A DNA stretch of 64,000 nucleotides, taken from the NCBI GenBank assembly GCA_965203805.1, contig OZ241917.1, forward strand, positions 1,312,001-1,376,000. Reading direction: 5' to 3'. This DNA comes from Candidatus Latescibacterota bacterium. GTDB taxonomy: Bacteria; Latescibacterota; UBA2968; GCA-2709665. The notes under the pieces are model-generated. The model searched no databases and was not told where the DNA came from. It was given only the letters and a program-made list of their open reading frames with translations. Shown here in pieces: positions 40,627 through 50,678 of the stretch (position 1 is its first letter; each line of letters begins with the position of its first letter). A program made the translations under genes and the position numbers.

Positions 40627-41271
40627 TTACCGGCTTGCCCACAGCATCCCGCGCCTTTGAATCTCCCGCGCCTCCGGTACGTCGAAGTCCCGGGCCACGT
40701 GCCCCAGCGACGAGTAGAACACCCGTCCCTCGCCCCACATCCGCTTCCAGACGACCGGCATGACGCACCCGTTCACCCATGGCGCCACGGTTGTCTGAAA
40801 CGTCGTCGTCGCCAGCACGTGGTTGGACGGGTCCACGTGCATGTAATATTGCTCCGAATGCATCCTGAAGTCCGGAATGCCGCGGGTGACCGGATCTTCG
40901 TGTTCCACAACGTTCACCTCATAGTCGATAACGCCACCGGGATGGGCCACCCACTGGCCGCCAACCATAAACTGGTATTCGGTATTCTCCCGGAACGCGT
41001 CGGCCATTCCTCCGTGCCAGCCGGCAATGCCCACGCCGCTCCTGACAGCTTCCAATAGTCCCTTCTCCTGCTCCCGCTCGATCGTGCCCATCGTCCAGAT
41101 GGGCACGACAAGGCTTAATTCGGCCATCCGTCCGGCATCCAGGTACACGTCCATCGACTCCGAAAGCGTGACGTCGAAGCCCTCATCGCTCAGGATCGGC
41201 GCGAATATATCCACGCACTTCCCGGGCTCGTGTCCCTGCCATCCGCCGTACACCACCAACGCTTTCTTCAT
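40627..41271 (-). CDS. ThuA domain-containing protein
   Basis: [25 protein letters not shown] and [10 protein letters not shown]. Confidence 0.88.
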   Translation of the reverse strand: MKKALVVYGGWQGHEPGKCVDIFAPILSDEGFDVTLSESMDVYLDAGRMAELSLVVPIWTMGTIEREQEKGLLEAVRSGVGIAGWHGGMADAFRENTEYQFMVGGQWVAHPGGVIDYEVNVVEHEDPVTRGIPDFRMHSEQYYMHVDPSNHVLATTTFQTTVAPWVNGCVMPVVWKRMWGEGRVFYSSLGHVARDFDVPEAREIQRRGMLWASR

Positions 41272-41352
41272 TGTCCGCCTCTCATCGTCGCTATCGCGAT
41301 ATGATCTGCTCATCGTTCACAAGCAAGATAAGGTGTCCGTCGAACGTGCGAT

Positions 41353-41709
41353 TTATTCCAGAGCACGGCGCCAGGCGTCTTCCCTGAAGCCAACGAGACC
41401 GGTGTCCCTCGTCAACAGAAAGGGCCGCTTGACCAGCATCCCGTTGCGCGACAGAAGATCGAGCGCTTCTCCGGTGTTCATCGAGGGGAGCCGGTCCTTC
41501 ATGTTCAACTCGCGATACATCCGTCCGGACGTGTTGAAGAGCTTCCTGATCTCGCCGTTGCAGTGGTCGAGCATCGCCCGCAATTCAGACACTGAGGGCG
41601 GTGTTTCCGTAATGTCACGTGAGTTGTATCCAATGCCGAGGTCGTCGAGAAACCTGATTGCCTTGCGGCAGGCGCCGCACCTGGCATACTGATAGACTTC
41701 CAGCGCCAT
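41353..41709 (-). CDS. ArsC/Spx-like (YffB/YusI type) protein
   Basis: Y..CGACRKA, LFNTSG..YRE and LVKRP. Confidence 0.9.
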   Translation of the reverse strand: MALEVYQYARCGACRKAIRFLDDLGIGYNSRDITETPPSVSELRAMLDHCNGEIRKLFNTSGRMYRELNMKDRLPSMNTGEALDLLSRNGMLVKRPFLLTRDTGLVGFREDAWRRALE

Positions 41710-41811
41710 CGTGAGTCTCCCCGATCATGAATGTCGATAATCAAACGGAACGTCCGTCGCGGTCCCCGTCCGTGGAAGACCGCCGGGACGTCAAGTGGCT
41801 TCCTGCAACGA

Positions 41812-43044
41812 TTACGACCACCCGCGCACCATATACGCCTGAAGCAGGCCGCTTTCGTCGGAATTGAAGAACCCCGAACGTCCGTCCGGCGAGAGGAACG
41901 GGTGGATGTGCGACTCCTTTCGCCACGACGACGCGGGACCGGCCACCTGCCTCGCATTGGACAGCGCGCCATTCTCTTCTTCCGAAAAGTCGAACAGCCA
42001 GACGGCGCCGCCGCCGTCCCGCGGACCGGCGTCGGTGATCAGGCGCCCGCCCGCAACATCGGTGGCGAAGTGATAGAAATCCGGCTCATTGAAAGAACGG
42101 GAAAGGTCATTCCGCCATCCGCCGGGCGTCCGGTTGCCGAGATGGCCGGCGTGGGCCGCCGCGCGACCGGAAATGAGCTGCCGTTCATCCGGGTCGCGTG
42201 TGGACGTGCTGGTGATTGCAATGTCGGATTGCCCGTGCCAGCACTGGTGTCCCTGACAGAATTCGTTCCCGTCCCGCCCCCAGGGAAAGTCCCGCAGCGA
42301 CGACCCATCGTCACGGATCACGTGAATGTCGGCGCCCCGCCCGCTCGTGAGCTTCTCGATCCTGCCGTCTGGGGATGCGACGTTGCCGTGGTTTTCCTGA
42401 ATCATAATGTCGTGCGAGGCGTCCGCATCGGTCTGGCGCGTGTACTGCGGGTGGATATTGCACCATGTGGGTCCTTGAAAGACGAGCCTTACGGACGGCT
42501 CTTCGATCTCGAAGACGAGCAGGCCCCAGGGCGCGCCATCGGTCTCGCCGTCGCCCAGGAATCCCGAAATGGCGATTCGCCTGCCATCGGATGAAATGGT
42601 CGACAGCGGATATGGACGGCTGAGCCTGAAACTCGTGCCCGGCACCGGATGGTCCAGGACGTAGACCACCTCGCGGCCCGACCCGTCCAGCCTCACCCGT
42701 TTAAGCGTGAGCGGCCCGGGATTCGCCGGATCGGTCTCATCCACGAAATAGTAGAGCCACTTCCCGTCGGGCGAGATTGACGGCGCCGTCGTCCCCACTT
42801 CCGTCGTTATGGGCGACAGACCGCAGTGGTCTTCCAGGTCGCAGACCAGATATCTGTGTTCGGGATCACGGGGATCGGACCCGTGTGGATGCGCGGAACG
42901 ATGAAGCACCAGCCGGCGCGAATCCGGCGTGAAAATCTGCGCCTCCATATAAATGTGCGACGACGGGACGGATTCATCCGTGAGCTGGATGACCTCCAGG
43001 TTGTCCTTCTCGGACACGGGAACAAGGTCGGGACGGATATTCAA
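41812..43044 (-). CDS. Oligogalacturonate lyase-like / TolB-like beta-propeller protein
   Basis: HIYME...FTPD, SPDG repeats and HIHPFLSPDG. Confidence 0.65.
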   Translation of the reverse strand: MNIRPDLVPVSEKDNLEVIQLTDESVPSSHIYMEAQIFTPDSRRLVLHRSAHPHGSDPRDPEHRYLVCDLEDHCGLSPITTEVGTTAPSISPDGKWLYYFVDETDPANPGPLTLKRVRLDGSGREVVYVLDHPVPGTSFRLSRPYPLSTISSDGRRIAISGFLGDGETDGAPWGLLVFEIEEPSVRLVFQGPTWCNIHPQYTRQTDADASHDIMIQENHGNVASPDGRIEKLTSGRGADIHVIRDDGSSLRDFPWGRDGNEFCQGHQCWHGQSDIAITSTSTRDPDERQLISGRAAAHAGHLGNRTPGGWRNDLSRSFNEPDFYHFATDVAGGRLITDAGPRDGGGAVWLFDFSEEENGALSNARQVAGPASSWRKESHIHPFLSPDGRSGFFNSDESGLLQAYMVRGWS

Positions 43045-43160
43045 TCTGGATTACCTCCGCAATATGGATGTCTCTGGCGCGGAAAAACGGATCAGGATTC
43101 GCAGGATTCAAGGATGAGCAGGATGAAAACCCCGGTAGTGACTGTTGAGGCAAACGCCGC

Positions 43161-43310
43161 ACTCTTTGCCCCGAAGTTAATCTAAAGCCCTTAATCAAAA
43201 TCGTACGCCACGACGCAGTTTTTCGCCTGCGCGACGTGGGCATCCGCCAGCTCAAGGACCGCTTTCAACTCAAGGACGACCCGATCGTCAACCAGAAGGT
43301 CGGTCCGCCT
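43161..43310 (-). pseudogene. GxxExxY-family nuclease fragment
   Basis: Translates RRTDLLVDDRVVLELKAVLELADAHVAQAKNCVVAYDFD*GL*INFGAKS, with two in-frame stops and no N-terminus. Confidence 0.7.
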
Positions 43311-43472
43311 GGATCTTCAACGCGAAACCGAAGACTGTCGAGATTTACCTAATTTTGGCAATCGGAGGGTATTACGACACCAAGTTTCCACAAACACGAA
43401 TGAAAGCACAGACTTCGCGCGTATCAAAAAACAGTGAAACAACCGCAGACCAACATAGGAAATAAAGGCGAC

Positions 43473-44609
43473 CTACTTTGGCGATTTGTACCAGCTCTGA
43501 CCGTCCCGAAAGAATCTTTCGATCACCTTTGTTTCCCAGTCCCCGTAAGATTCGTAGTCGTCATCGAATCTGTCCCAGGCTTCGTTCAGAAGACGTACGG
43601 GGGATTCTTCGTCTTCGGTAAACATCCTTGGGGCGGTCTCAGTCAGCATACAATCAACTGTCTGCTGCAGATCAGGCAAGAAAGATTCCTCAAAGTATCC
43701 GAAATAATCTTCGATAATTCCCATTGTCCGGGCGATTTGCTCCCATTCAATCTCAAGTGCATCGGCGTCCGATTTGCACCCCATCCGTCTTGCCAAATCA
43801 GAGAGCAGCCGAATCCTCAAGAACGTGACCGGATGAGACCTACGCGCCAGTTCACTGTCCTGCACGGTAAATTCAGTTCTTCCGTGCATCCTTAGATATA
43901 TTGAAAAAGCCCTTAAAAAAGCGCGACCGCCAATACAGAATCCAACTGCGTCGCAAAACACCTCTTGCATCCACCCATACCACGTTTCGACAATAGCAGC
44001 ACGCGCTGTCTCCTCATCCCGTTCGTGGAGGTCGTTGCGCCGAATGTCGGGTTCCAAGAGGTCGGCGATCCTTTTCTGAAGATCCCTCGTAAGATCGTCC
44101 ATCTCAGGCTTTTGACGCGAATAAAGAAGATGACCGTATTCATGGAAGAACAGTGGGAGATAGAGAAGTCCCTGTTGAGCTGAAGAAGGCATAAAATAAA
44201 GCGATGGCTTAAGCGGCAATATGCTGAATTCGTCGTCGCTAAATGCAACTGGAATACTCGCGGTGCGGGGATGGGTTGCGTGGAGCCACCGTAGTATCTT
44301 CAGGCAGAGATGATCTGACGGCCGGGAACGCAGAACTGGGCTAACCCATCGCTGATTGAGAAGGCAGAATTCCCACGTAACGGACTGCGTCTCACTGAGA
44401 ATGTCGGGCAGGGTATCCGGTCGCCTAAGGTGGAGATCGGAGATGTTTTGCGAAACTTTCTGATAAAGGTCATCGCATTTCGAAATGACCCACTCATAAT
44501 ATGGCTTAAGCTCTTCTGGGAAAGTACCATGGCTATCGTCAAGAATTCCTTTCAGTTTCGAGATTTCCAGACGCAAATTGGCGTTGTTTTGTGTGAGGAT
44601 ATGAAACAA
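43473..44609 (-). CDS. HExxH zinc metallopeptidase-like protein in the Argonaute operon
   Basis: FFHEYGH...QEVFCD...SHP....R, a gluzincin/M48-like motif order; start abuts the upstream stop codon. Confidence 0.6.
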   Translation of the reverse strand: MFHILTQNNANLRLEISKLKGILDDSHGTFPEELKPYYEWVISKCDDLYQKVSQNISDLHLRRPDTLPDILSETQSVTWEFCLLNQRWVSPVLRSRPSDHLCLKILRWLHATHPRTASIPVAFSDDEFSILPLKPSLYFMPSSAQQGLLYLPLFFHEYGHLLYSRQKPEMDDLTRDLQKRIADLLEPDIRRNDLHERDEETARAAIVETWYGWMQEVFCDAVGFCIGGRAFLRAFSIYLRMHGRTEFTVQDSELARRSHPVTFLRIRLLSDLARRMGCKSDADALEIEWEQIARTMGIIEDYFGYFEESFLPDLQQTVDCMLTETAPRMFTEDEESPVRLLNEAWDRFDDDYESYGDWETKVIERFFRDGQSWYKSPK

Positions 44610-45056
44610 CTAAAAGTCTCCCAGTAACCTTGTTGCATCTACGCTTACATGTTCCTCAAGGAGATCACGAAACACCGCCAAGACGTTTAGTAATTCGCGG
44701 CGTTCGTCCGCGCGTTCGGAATAGAACAGCTCTCGAACTTGGGAAAGCGAGAGTTCCCGAAATGATGAGCCAAGTTGACTTCGGCGTGCCTGGACGTAAT
44801 TCTCCGCCAGATGGCGCAATCGTACATCCACTCCCAGTAATGGCTTTCGACTTCCATCTTCGATGTTTTGAGCTATTTCGCCGAGTTTCTCGATGAATCC
44901 AATTAGAGTCTCTCTTGCCTGTTCCGCTGCTTCTATTCTGCCAGTGTCGGGATACCCTCCGCCGGTCAATTTGCTGTGAATCGACAAGGTATTGACCGCA
45001 GACAGGAGCTCCTGACCCTGTTGGAAGCTCTGGATATCAAGCCAATGTGTGCCCAT
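44610..45056 (-). CDS. Hypothetical alpha-helical protein in the Argonaute operon
   Basis: 148-aa ORF with strong RBS AGGAGG; no recognised motif. Confidence 0.75.
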   Translation of the reverse strand: MGTHWLDIQSFQQGQELLSAVNTLSIHSKLTGGGYPDTGRIEAAEQARETLIGFIEKLGEIAQNIEDGSRKPLLGVDVRLRHLAENYVQARRSQLGSSFRELSLSQVRELFYSERADERRELLNVLAVFRDLLEEHVSVDATRLLGDF

Positions 45057-46152
45057 CAGATTTACCTCCTGAAATAAGCTGCACAGAGACGTTTCGGATA
45101 ACTCGTCATTTGACCCGTCGAATTTCTTGGGCGGCCCTATATGTAAGTTCCTCGTCTGTCCTTTTCAATGCAATCGGCAACCGTTGAGCCACGCGTGGAT
45201 TGGACCAATTAAGTTGGGCAGCAGAAAACACGTCTTGTGCAACGACAGACATGTCTATATCGCTTCGGTGCCCTACCAACACAATCGGTTGAGCAGTCCC
45301 TTGAGACAATGTAGCCGCACCTGTATTGGCTAGTACAACAGTTTTCTCGTCAATCTTGAAAGCGGTACCCTCCAAAACATTGGTAATTTGGCCAGGGCTC
45401 CTTAACCACATGCGTATCCTCTTGACGCTTCGTTTATGGAAATCCACGGTATCGACGTGCCCCTTTTCATCCAGATATCCGCACTTGATGAGTTCATCCT
45501 TGGCTTCGGCAATGCTTTCCATCTCGCGACCACATTCACGCCCATCGCGCAGGACCAGAATTGACTGAAGGGGCGCAAAATGCAACCGGTTCGCTTGCTG
45601 GAAGAGTTCAAGTATGGCATCACGCAATACAACATTGTTGATAGTTTCGTGTTTCGTGTCCGTCTTGTTCTGAACAAGCGTGTTTAGGCTGAAGGACGGT
45701 TGCATCGATTCTCTCCGACAAATGAGGAGAGAAAGGGCGAAATATCGCCTATCCCATCCAACGTCAATGGCAAGTTGCGCATCGTAATGCAGTGGGTCTG
45801 ACAGACCCCACGGAACACAGTCCATCTGCTGCAGTACATCCAAAGCGCACAGTTCAACGAAGGAATTCCAATTCCTGACATCTCTCGACCCATTGCTAGG
45901 ACACGATGATTTGGAACGTAGATGCCTAGGCAATCTTTGAAAGCGATCCATTAGTGTCCTAGATGTGACGCGTTTTACTCGCCAGCCCATCAACTCAAAT
46001 GAGACCTTAAAATAGGTGGCTGGATCTATATTCTCAAAAACAAAGACCACAATTCCCTTCCTAGATTCTTGTCTTAGCCGTAGGAGAGCAGCATCAACAT
46101 TTCGGTACGACTGCAGGTCGGAAGTAATTCGCTTTTTTGTCAAACGACCTAG

Positions 46153-47795
46153 CCCGGATTATTCATAAAAATAGGTAGTTTCCTTGTACAAGAGGTTGTT
46201 TATCCCTATATTTAGGGGTGACAGAAAAAGACAACCTAAAGAAAGGAAACTACCGTGGAACAAGATAAACAAACGGTGATGAGATTTGCAAGCATTTCGG
46301 GTAAGAAGGTGGAAGCGGACTTTGACGGCGGGGTGACGACCAGCGACGGCGGTATGATGCTTTTGCGGAAGGTGGAGTCGCGCATCGGCATCGTGGACCG
46401 GATTGTCGGTGCGCTTTGTGACGGACGTCACCAAAGCTATGTCGCGCATACCTATCGGGACCTTATCAGACAACGGGTGTTCCAGATCGCCTGCGGCTAC
46501 GAGGATGCCAACGACAGCAACGCGCTTCGATCGGACCCTGCGCTGAAAGCCGCGTGCGAGCGCCTGCCGATTACGGGTCAGGATCTGGCGTCTCAGCCGA
46601 CGTTATCGCGTCTGGAGAACAGCGCGAACCGCAGGGACCTCTACCGTGTCGGTGAGGCGTTGGTGGCGGCGTTCATCGCCTCTTATGACACGCCACCAAA
46701 GAAAATCGTGTTGGACATCGACGACACGGATGACCCGACACACGGAGCTCAGCAACTGTCGTTGTTTCACGGTTATTTTGATACGTATTGCTACATGCCG
46801 TTGCATCTGTATGAAGGGCAATCGGGCAAACTCATCACGGCGCTGTTGCGCCCGGGACGCAGAATGGATGGACGCACGATGGCGTCGATCTTAAGACGTG
46901 TCCTGGATCGGATTTTGGTGGCGTGGCCGAAGGTTCGGATTCTCCTGCGTGGTGACGGGCACTTCTCCGCGCCGGAAGTGCACGAACTATGTCAGGAATA
47001 TCGCATCGATTTCATTCTGGGACAGATGGTTAACAAGAAGCTCAAAGCCCTCGGCCAACCCCTGATGGAAAAAGCCGCCGCACAGGCCCAGACGTGCGAA
47101 GGTCCCGTGCGCCTCTTCACATGCTTCGATTATCAGGCCAAGTCCTGGGAGCGACCGTTGCGGATCATCTACAAGGCGGAAGTGACCCACAACAAAGCCA
47201 ACCCTCGCTTTGTCGTCACCAATATCCGCAACCGAACTCCCAAGTTCCTCTACGAAAAGATCTACTGCGCACGCGGTCGCACCGAAGGCTTTATCAAAAA
47301 CCACAAGACCTATCTGCGTTCTGACAGAACCTCCTGCCATCGGTTTTCAGCCAACCAGTTCCGGCTCTTCTTGCACAGCGCCGCCTACGTGCTCCTGCAC
47401 GCCATCAAAGAATCCGGAATGAAAGGCACCACATGGGTCAAAGCCAACTTCGATACGATCCAACTGCGGATCCTGAAAATCGGTGCCCGCGTTCGAGAAC
47501 AGACCACCATGATCCGATTCCACTTCCCCACATCGTATCCCAACAAAACCCTCGTACGCACCATCCTTTACAATCTCGATACCGCGTGATGATCAGACTC
47601 CGTACCACTCAACACAATCCAAATCCAAGCAACACCAAGGCATCACTGTGACCAGAATCAACCCCCGTCTCCTTTGAAACCCATCCCGTGAACCCCAAAG
47701 ACCCAATACCCACACATCCTACACAATGACGCTGGCCGAAAACACTCTTTACGACCTTTCTCGCTCAATTCTACACATTTCATGAATTATTCAGG
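46153..47795 (+). mobile_element. IS1380 family insertion sequence
   Basis: Terminal inverted repeats cccggattattcataaaa / tttcatgaattattcagg; CTAG duplicated at 46149-46152 and 47796-47799. Confidence 0.93.
46255..47589 (+). CDS. IS1380 family DDE transposase (intact)
   Basis: FDGG..TSDGG, GYEDAND, LASQPTLSRLEN, LDIDDTDD, LRGDGHF and YCARG. Confidence 0.93.
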   Translation: MEQDKQTVMRFASISGKKVEADFDGGVTTSDGGMMLLRKVESRIGIVDRIVGALCDGRHQSYVAHTYRDLIRQRVFQIACGYEDANDSNALRSDPALKAACERLPITGQDLASQPTLSRLENSANRRDLYRVGEALVAAFIASYDTPPKKIVLDIDDTDDPTHGAQQLSLFHGYFDTYCYMPLHLYEGQSGKLITALLRPGRRMDGRTMASILRRVLDRILVAWPKVRILLRGDGHFSAPEVHELCQEYRIDFILGQMVNKKLKALGQPLMEKAAAQAQTCEGPVRLFTCFDYQAKSWERPLRIIYKAEVTHNKANPRFVVTNIRNRTPKFLYEKIYCARGRTEGFIKNHKTYLRSDRTSCHRFSANQFRLFLHSAAYVLLHAIKESGMKGTTWVKANFDTIQLRILKIGARVREQTTMIRFHFPTSYPNKTLVRTILYNLDTA

Positions 47796-49026
47796 CTAGA
47801 CAATGATTGAGGTCATTCGCAAAGCGGCGTGCTGCAACCTGATCAACACTATCGGGCACGCGAATGCGAATTTCTCGGGACATGGCAGGTGGAACACTCA
47901 AGCATCCAACCTCATTCAAGAGCGGGAGCCGATCACGATAATGACTTCGGTATGAACCAAGGGTACTCTCGTTTGCACATAAGTGTTCTGCTCTTCCAAA
48001 TTTCAGTCTTGGAGGTTTCAAGGTTAGAAGGTGCTCTTGTGGTTGCCAAGATGATTTGGTGACGGAAAGATTTCTCACACCCAGCGGATAGTCACCCAGG
48101 TCTCGCCAGAAGTTGTCAATCAATGCACGTCGATCGGCAGGAGAGAATTTATCCGCTCGCCTCAATGCAGGTGGAATGCCTTCGTTCGTCAGTCGCAGGC
48201 GAAGTCGGTTTGCCACGACGAAACGAGGTCGGCTAATCCCAGGAAACGAGACTCTTGCAACACAATCGTGCGGTTTGACATTCAATTGAGGATAGGTCTG
48301 TTTGTCGTACTCATAGAGTGATCCATAGTCGACCCCATTGACTCGTAGCGACCCGGTCGTCGCACAAGTTGCATCAGAAAAGGAGTCGAAATAACATTTC
48401 ACCTTGTTGTGCCCCAAATCATAGAGTAACGTGGCTTTCTGGCCTGCCTGACGGCGGCTGAGGGCTTCGAAGTGTTCGGGTTTCCATCTTCTTCCTTCAA
48501 AAAAATCAGCCACAGTAGAAGCCGAAAAAAAGGCAGTGGAGACGTCAACCGTCAGGCCAACTCCGGTTTCGTCGATAGAAACACTGGAAATCTCAAATCG
48601 CCTGTATGCCGCCACACCATCGGTTTCTACAAAAGGATCTGGAGAGTAAAAGATCCGGGGGCTATCCAATGTCCAAAGTTCCGCTCGACGCCTGCGGATC
48701 TCAATCAAGAGACAACGCTCCATCAATTGAGTTAGCAAATCAGTATCTTGACGCCTGGAAAAACGAAGTCGCTTGATGACGCCGCTGTCGTGAATTTCTA
48801 ACCGACAATCGTCGTCTTCAATAACACACCGTTGGAAGGGTCTTGTTCCAACGACTAAAAGGCCCTCTGGACATGGGACAGAAGCCAGTCCCTTTCTCCT
48901 GAGCAAATGACACGCTCGTTGCTTTAATTCAGGAGAGATGTGTTGGCCGACTAGCGTAGCCAGACGAGTATCGACGCGCAACTTGGGTCCAAAGTTCACG
49001 ATACGAATATTGGTCTCAATCATTGT

Positions 49027-49929
49027 CTATTCCTTTGGGCAAATCTCCTGAAAAGAGCATTGCTTGCAGATAAGTGGTTGACCACATGGTGTAAAGGCAT
49101 CGGCAACTGCTTGTTTTCCATATCGATGCATCGCCTCCATTCTCTCTATATCCTGAATGATGCGACCTTCGGCTCGCATCACTTCCCTTTCAGACACTCG
49201 AAATGTAACAATAACGCTGTCCGAAAGATGGACGCGATAGAGATCTATTCTGTTTGGCTGGCAGTCAAACTCCTTGATGGCACCAAGAGCATAGGATAAG
49301 AGCTGCAGGCTATCATCGCCACCCTCTGATTTACCGATTTTCCAATCAACTACTGCGACGCGGTCCCCATTCGAATAGGCCAAGTCGAGCTTGCCACGCA
49401 GAGAGAAGTGACCGCTCTTGACACTAACTGACTTTTCAATCAGAGCATTGGAATCGCAGGATCCATCGCGAAAATTGGCAAACGTTGGATTCTCAATGAA
49501 GTTTCGTAACGCTGAGAGCATGCGAGTCTGAGACTCCCTGAACAGAGATTCAGCGTCGTCAATATTGTAGTAAAACTCCGAAAGCAGAGCGGGAGGAAAA
49601 CGATCTCTTGAGCGTGGATCCGTCGGTCGATATTTGGATGAATAGGCGTAATCCTTCTGGAAGATCTGACGTGCCCAATTCAAGACTCGATCGACTTCCC
49701 ATACATCTTTCTCTTTTAGTTTATTCAGATAGGTTCGGATTACCAGGTGCACGATATCACCGGCCCGAAGATGTCGATTGGTGAGGGATTTGAGAAAATG
49801 CAGGCGCTCCTTTAGGGGCTCGGCTCTTGCCGTGTTTCTATTTGCACCGTAATACTGGTAATAGTACGCCCTCGGACATCGTTCCAAGAGACTTCGCCGA
49901 GAATACGACCACAACATGCAAGACCTCAA
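49027..49929 (-). CDS. Cas4-like PD-(D/E)XK nuclease
   Basis: WSYSR...CPR, G..VH, GKLDL, VVDWK.G, QL..Y and C-terminal C..C.....C (AddB/Cas4-type 1+3 Cys pattern). Confidence 0.85.
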   Translation of the reverse strand: MRSCMLWSYSRRSLLERCPRAYYYQYYGANRNTARAEPLKERLHFLKSLTNRHLRAGDIVHLVIRTYLNKLKEKDVWEVDRVLNWARQIFQKDYAYSSKYRPTDPRSRDRFPPALLSEFYYNIDDAESLFRESQTRMLSALRNFIENPTFANFRDGSCDSNALIEKSVSVKSGHFSLRGKLDLAYSNGDRVAVVDWKIGKSEGGDDSLQLLSYALGAIKEFDCQPNRIDLYRVHLSDSVIVTFRVSEREVMRAEGRIIQDIERMEAMHRYGKQAVADAFTPCGQPLICKQCSFQEICPKE

Positions 49930-50270
49930 CTTCGTAATCGTCTCAAGTCTTGAGTAAGTTTACCCCACTCTTCATCCGAAAGATCAAGGTTATGTGCCTG
50001 TTGTAAAAACTGTTGTGCAGCGGTGCTATTGCCCACCATTTCGCGGACCGGCGTGGGCATTTTGCCTGTCATCGAAAGCAAATAATCGGATGGAGAAGCG
50101 AGGGCTTCACATATCTTAACGACGGTATCAGCAGACGGTGGAGGTAAGCGGTTATTCTCCAACTTACTAATGTAAGAAAAGTCCACTCCGACACGGGCCG
50201 CCAAGTCTCTCTGGGTGACACTCTTGGATCTTCGCAATTCTCTTAAAGCCTGCCCAAACATCGCTGACAT
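49926..50270 (-). CDS. XRE family HTH transcriptional regulator
   Basis: FGQALRELR...TQRDLA..VGV...YISKLEN; 4-nt overlap with the nuclease gene. Confidence 0.9.
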   Translation of the reverse strand: MSAMFGQALRELRRSKSVTQRDLAARVGVDFSYISKLENNRLPPPSADTVVKICEALASPSDYLLSMTGKMPTPVREMVGNSTAAQQFLQQAHNLDLSDEEWGKLTQDLRRLRS

Positions 50271-50678
50271 GATTCGCTCCAATGAGGTACTCGACGATAG
50301 GATCTAATCCGTCTGAACCTAATATACCGAAAGTTGAGTTGATAGTCAACGCAAATTTTGAAGGCTAAAAAATCGAAGCCCAGAGTCAGTGCTAACCCCC
50401 CCAAAAAACCATAGACTTGCAAATTCCAGTTGTCTATTCCAGAGTTCAGCATGGAGATGGAATCTGCAGTCTTGTCCGTCATCATACGGTATGCACAGAG
50501 GATGAATAGGCATTCATCCGTTCACTCAACTGGCCCTCCATCGCCGTCATCCCTTGAGCCGTCAGTCCATATAGAGCATAGACCAAGCGATCTATCTCTG
50601 CGTTTGGTTCATTGTCAATCACAAAACAGAGCAATATGTGGTCAATTATGCGGCCGCAGGCGAGTTTCAGCCTTTTCT

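Larger units (their letters stand above)
45106..49023 (-). pseudogene. Long prokaryotic Argonaute interrupted by IS1380 (N-terminal part 47796-49023, MID/PIWI part 45106-46148)
   Basis: PIWI motifs AIDVG, LRDGRE, DFHKRS and LNW...RLPIALKRTDE; removing the IS and one CTAG joins ...NHCL-GRLTKKR... in frame (756 aa). Confidence 0.88.

Noticed and set aside
45106-46143. Short pAgo (MID-PIWI only) system
   Set aside because: It is the C-terminal half of a long pAgo split by an IS; no APAZ/SIR2/TIR partner is present.
49027-49929. CRISPR-Cas locus suggested by the Cas4-like gene
   Set aside because: No cas1/cas2 and no repeat-spacer array seen in the window.
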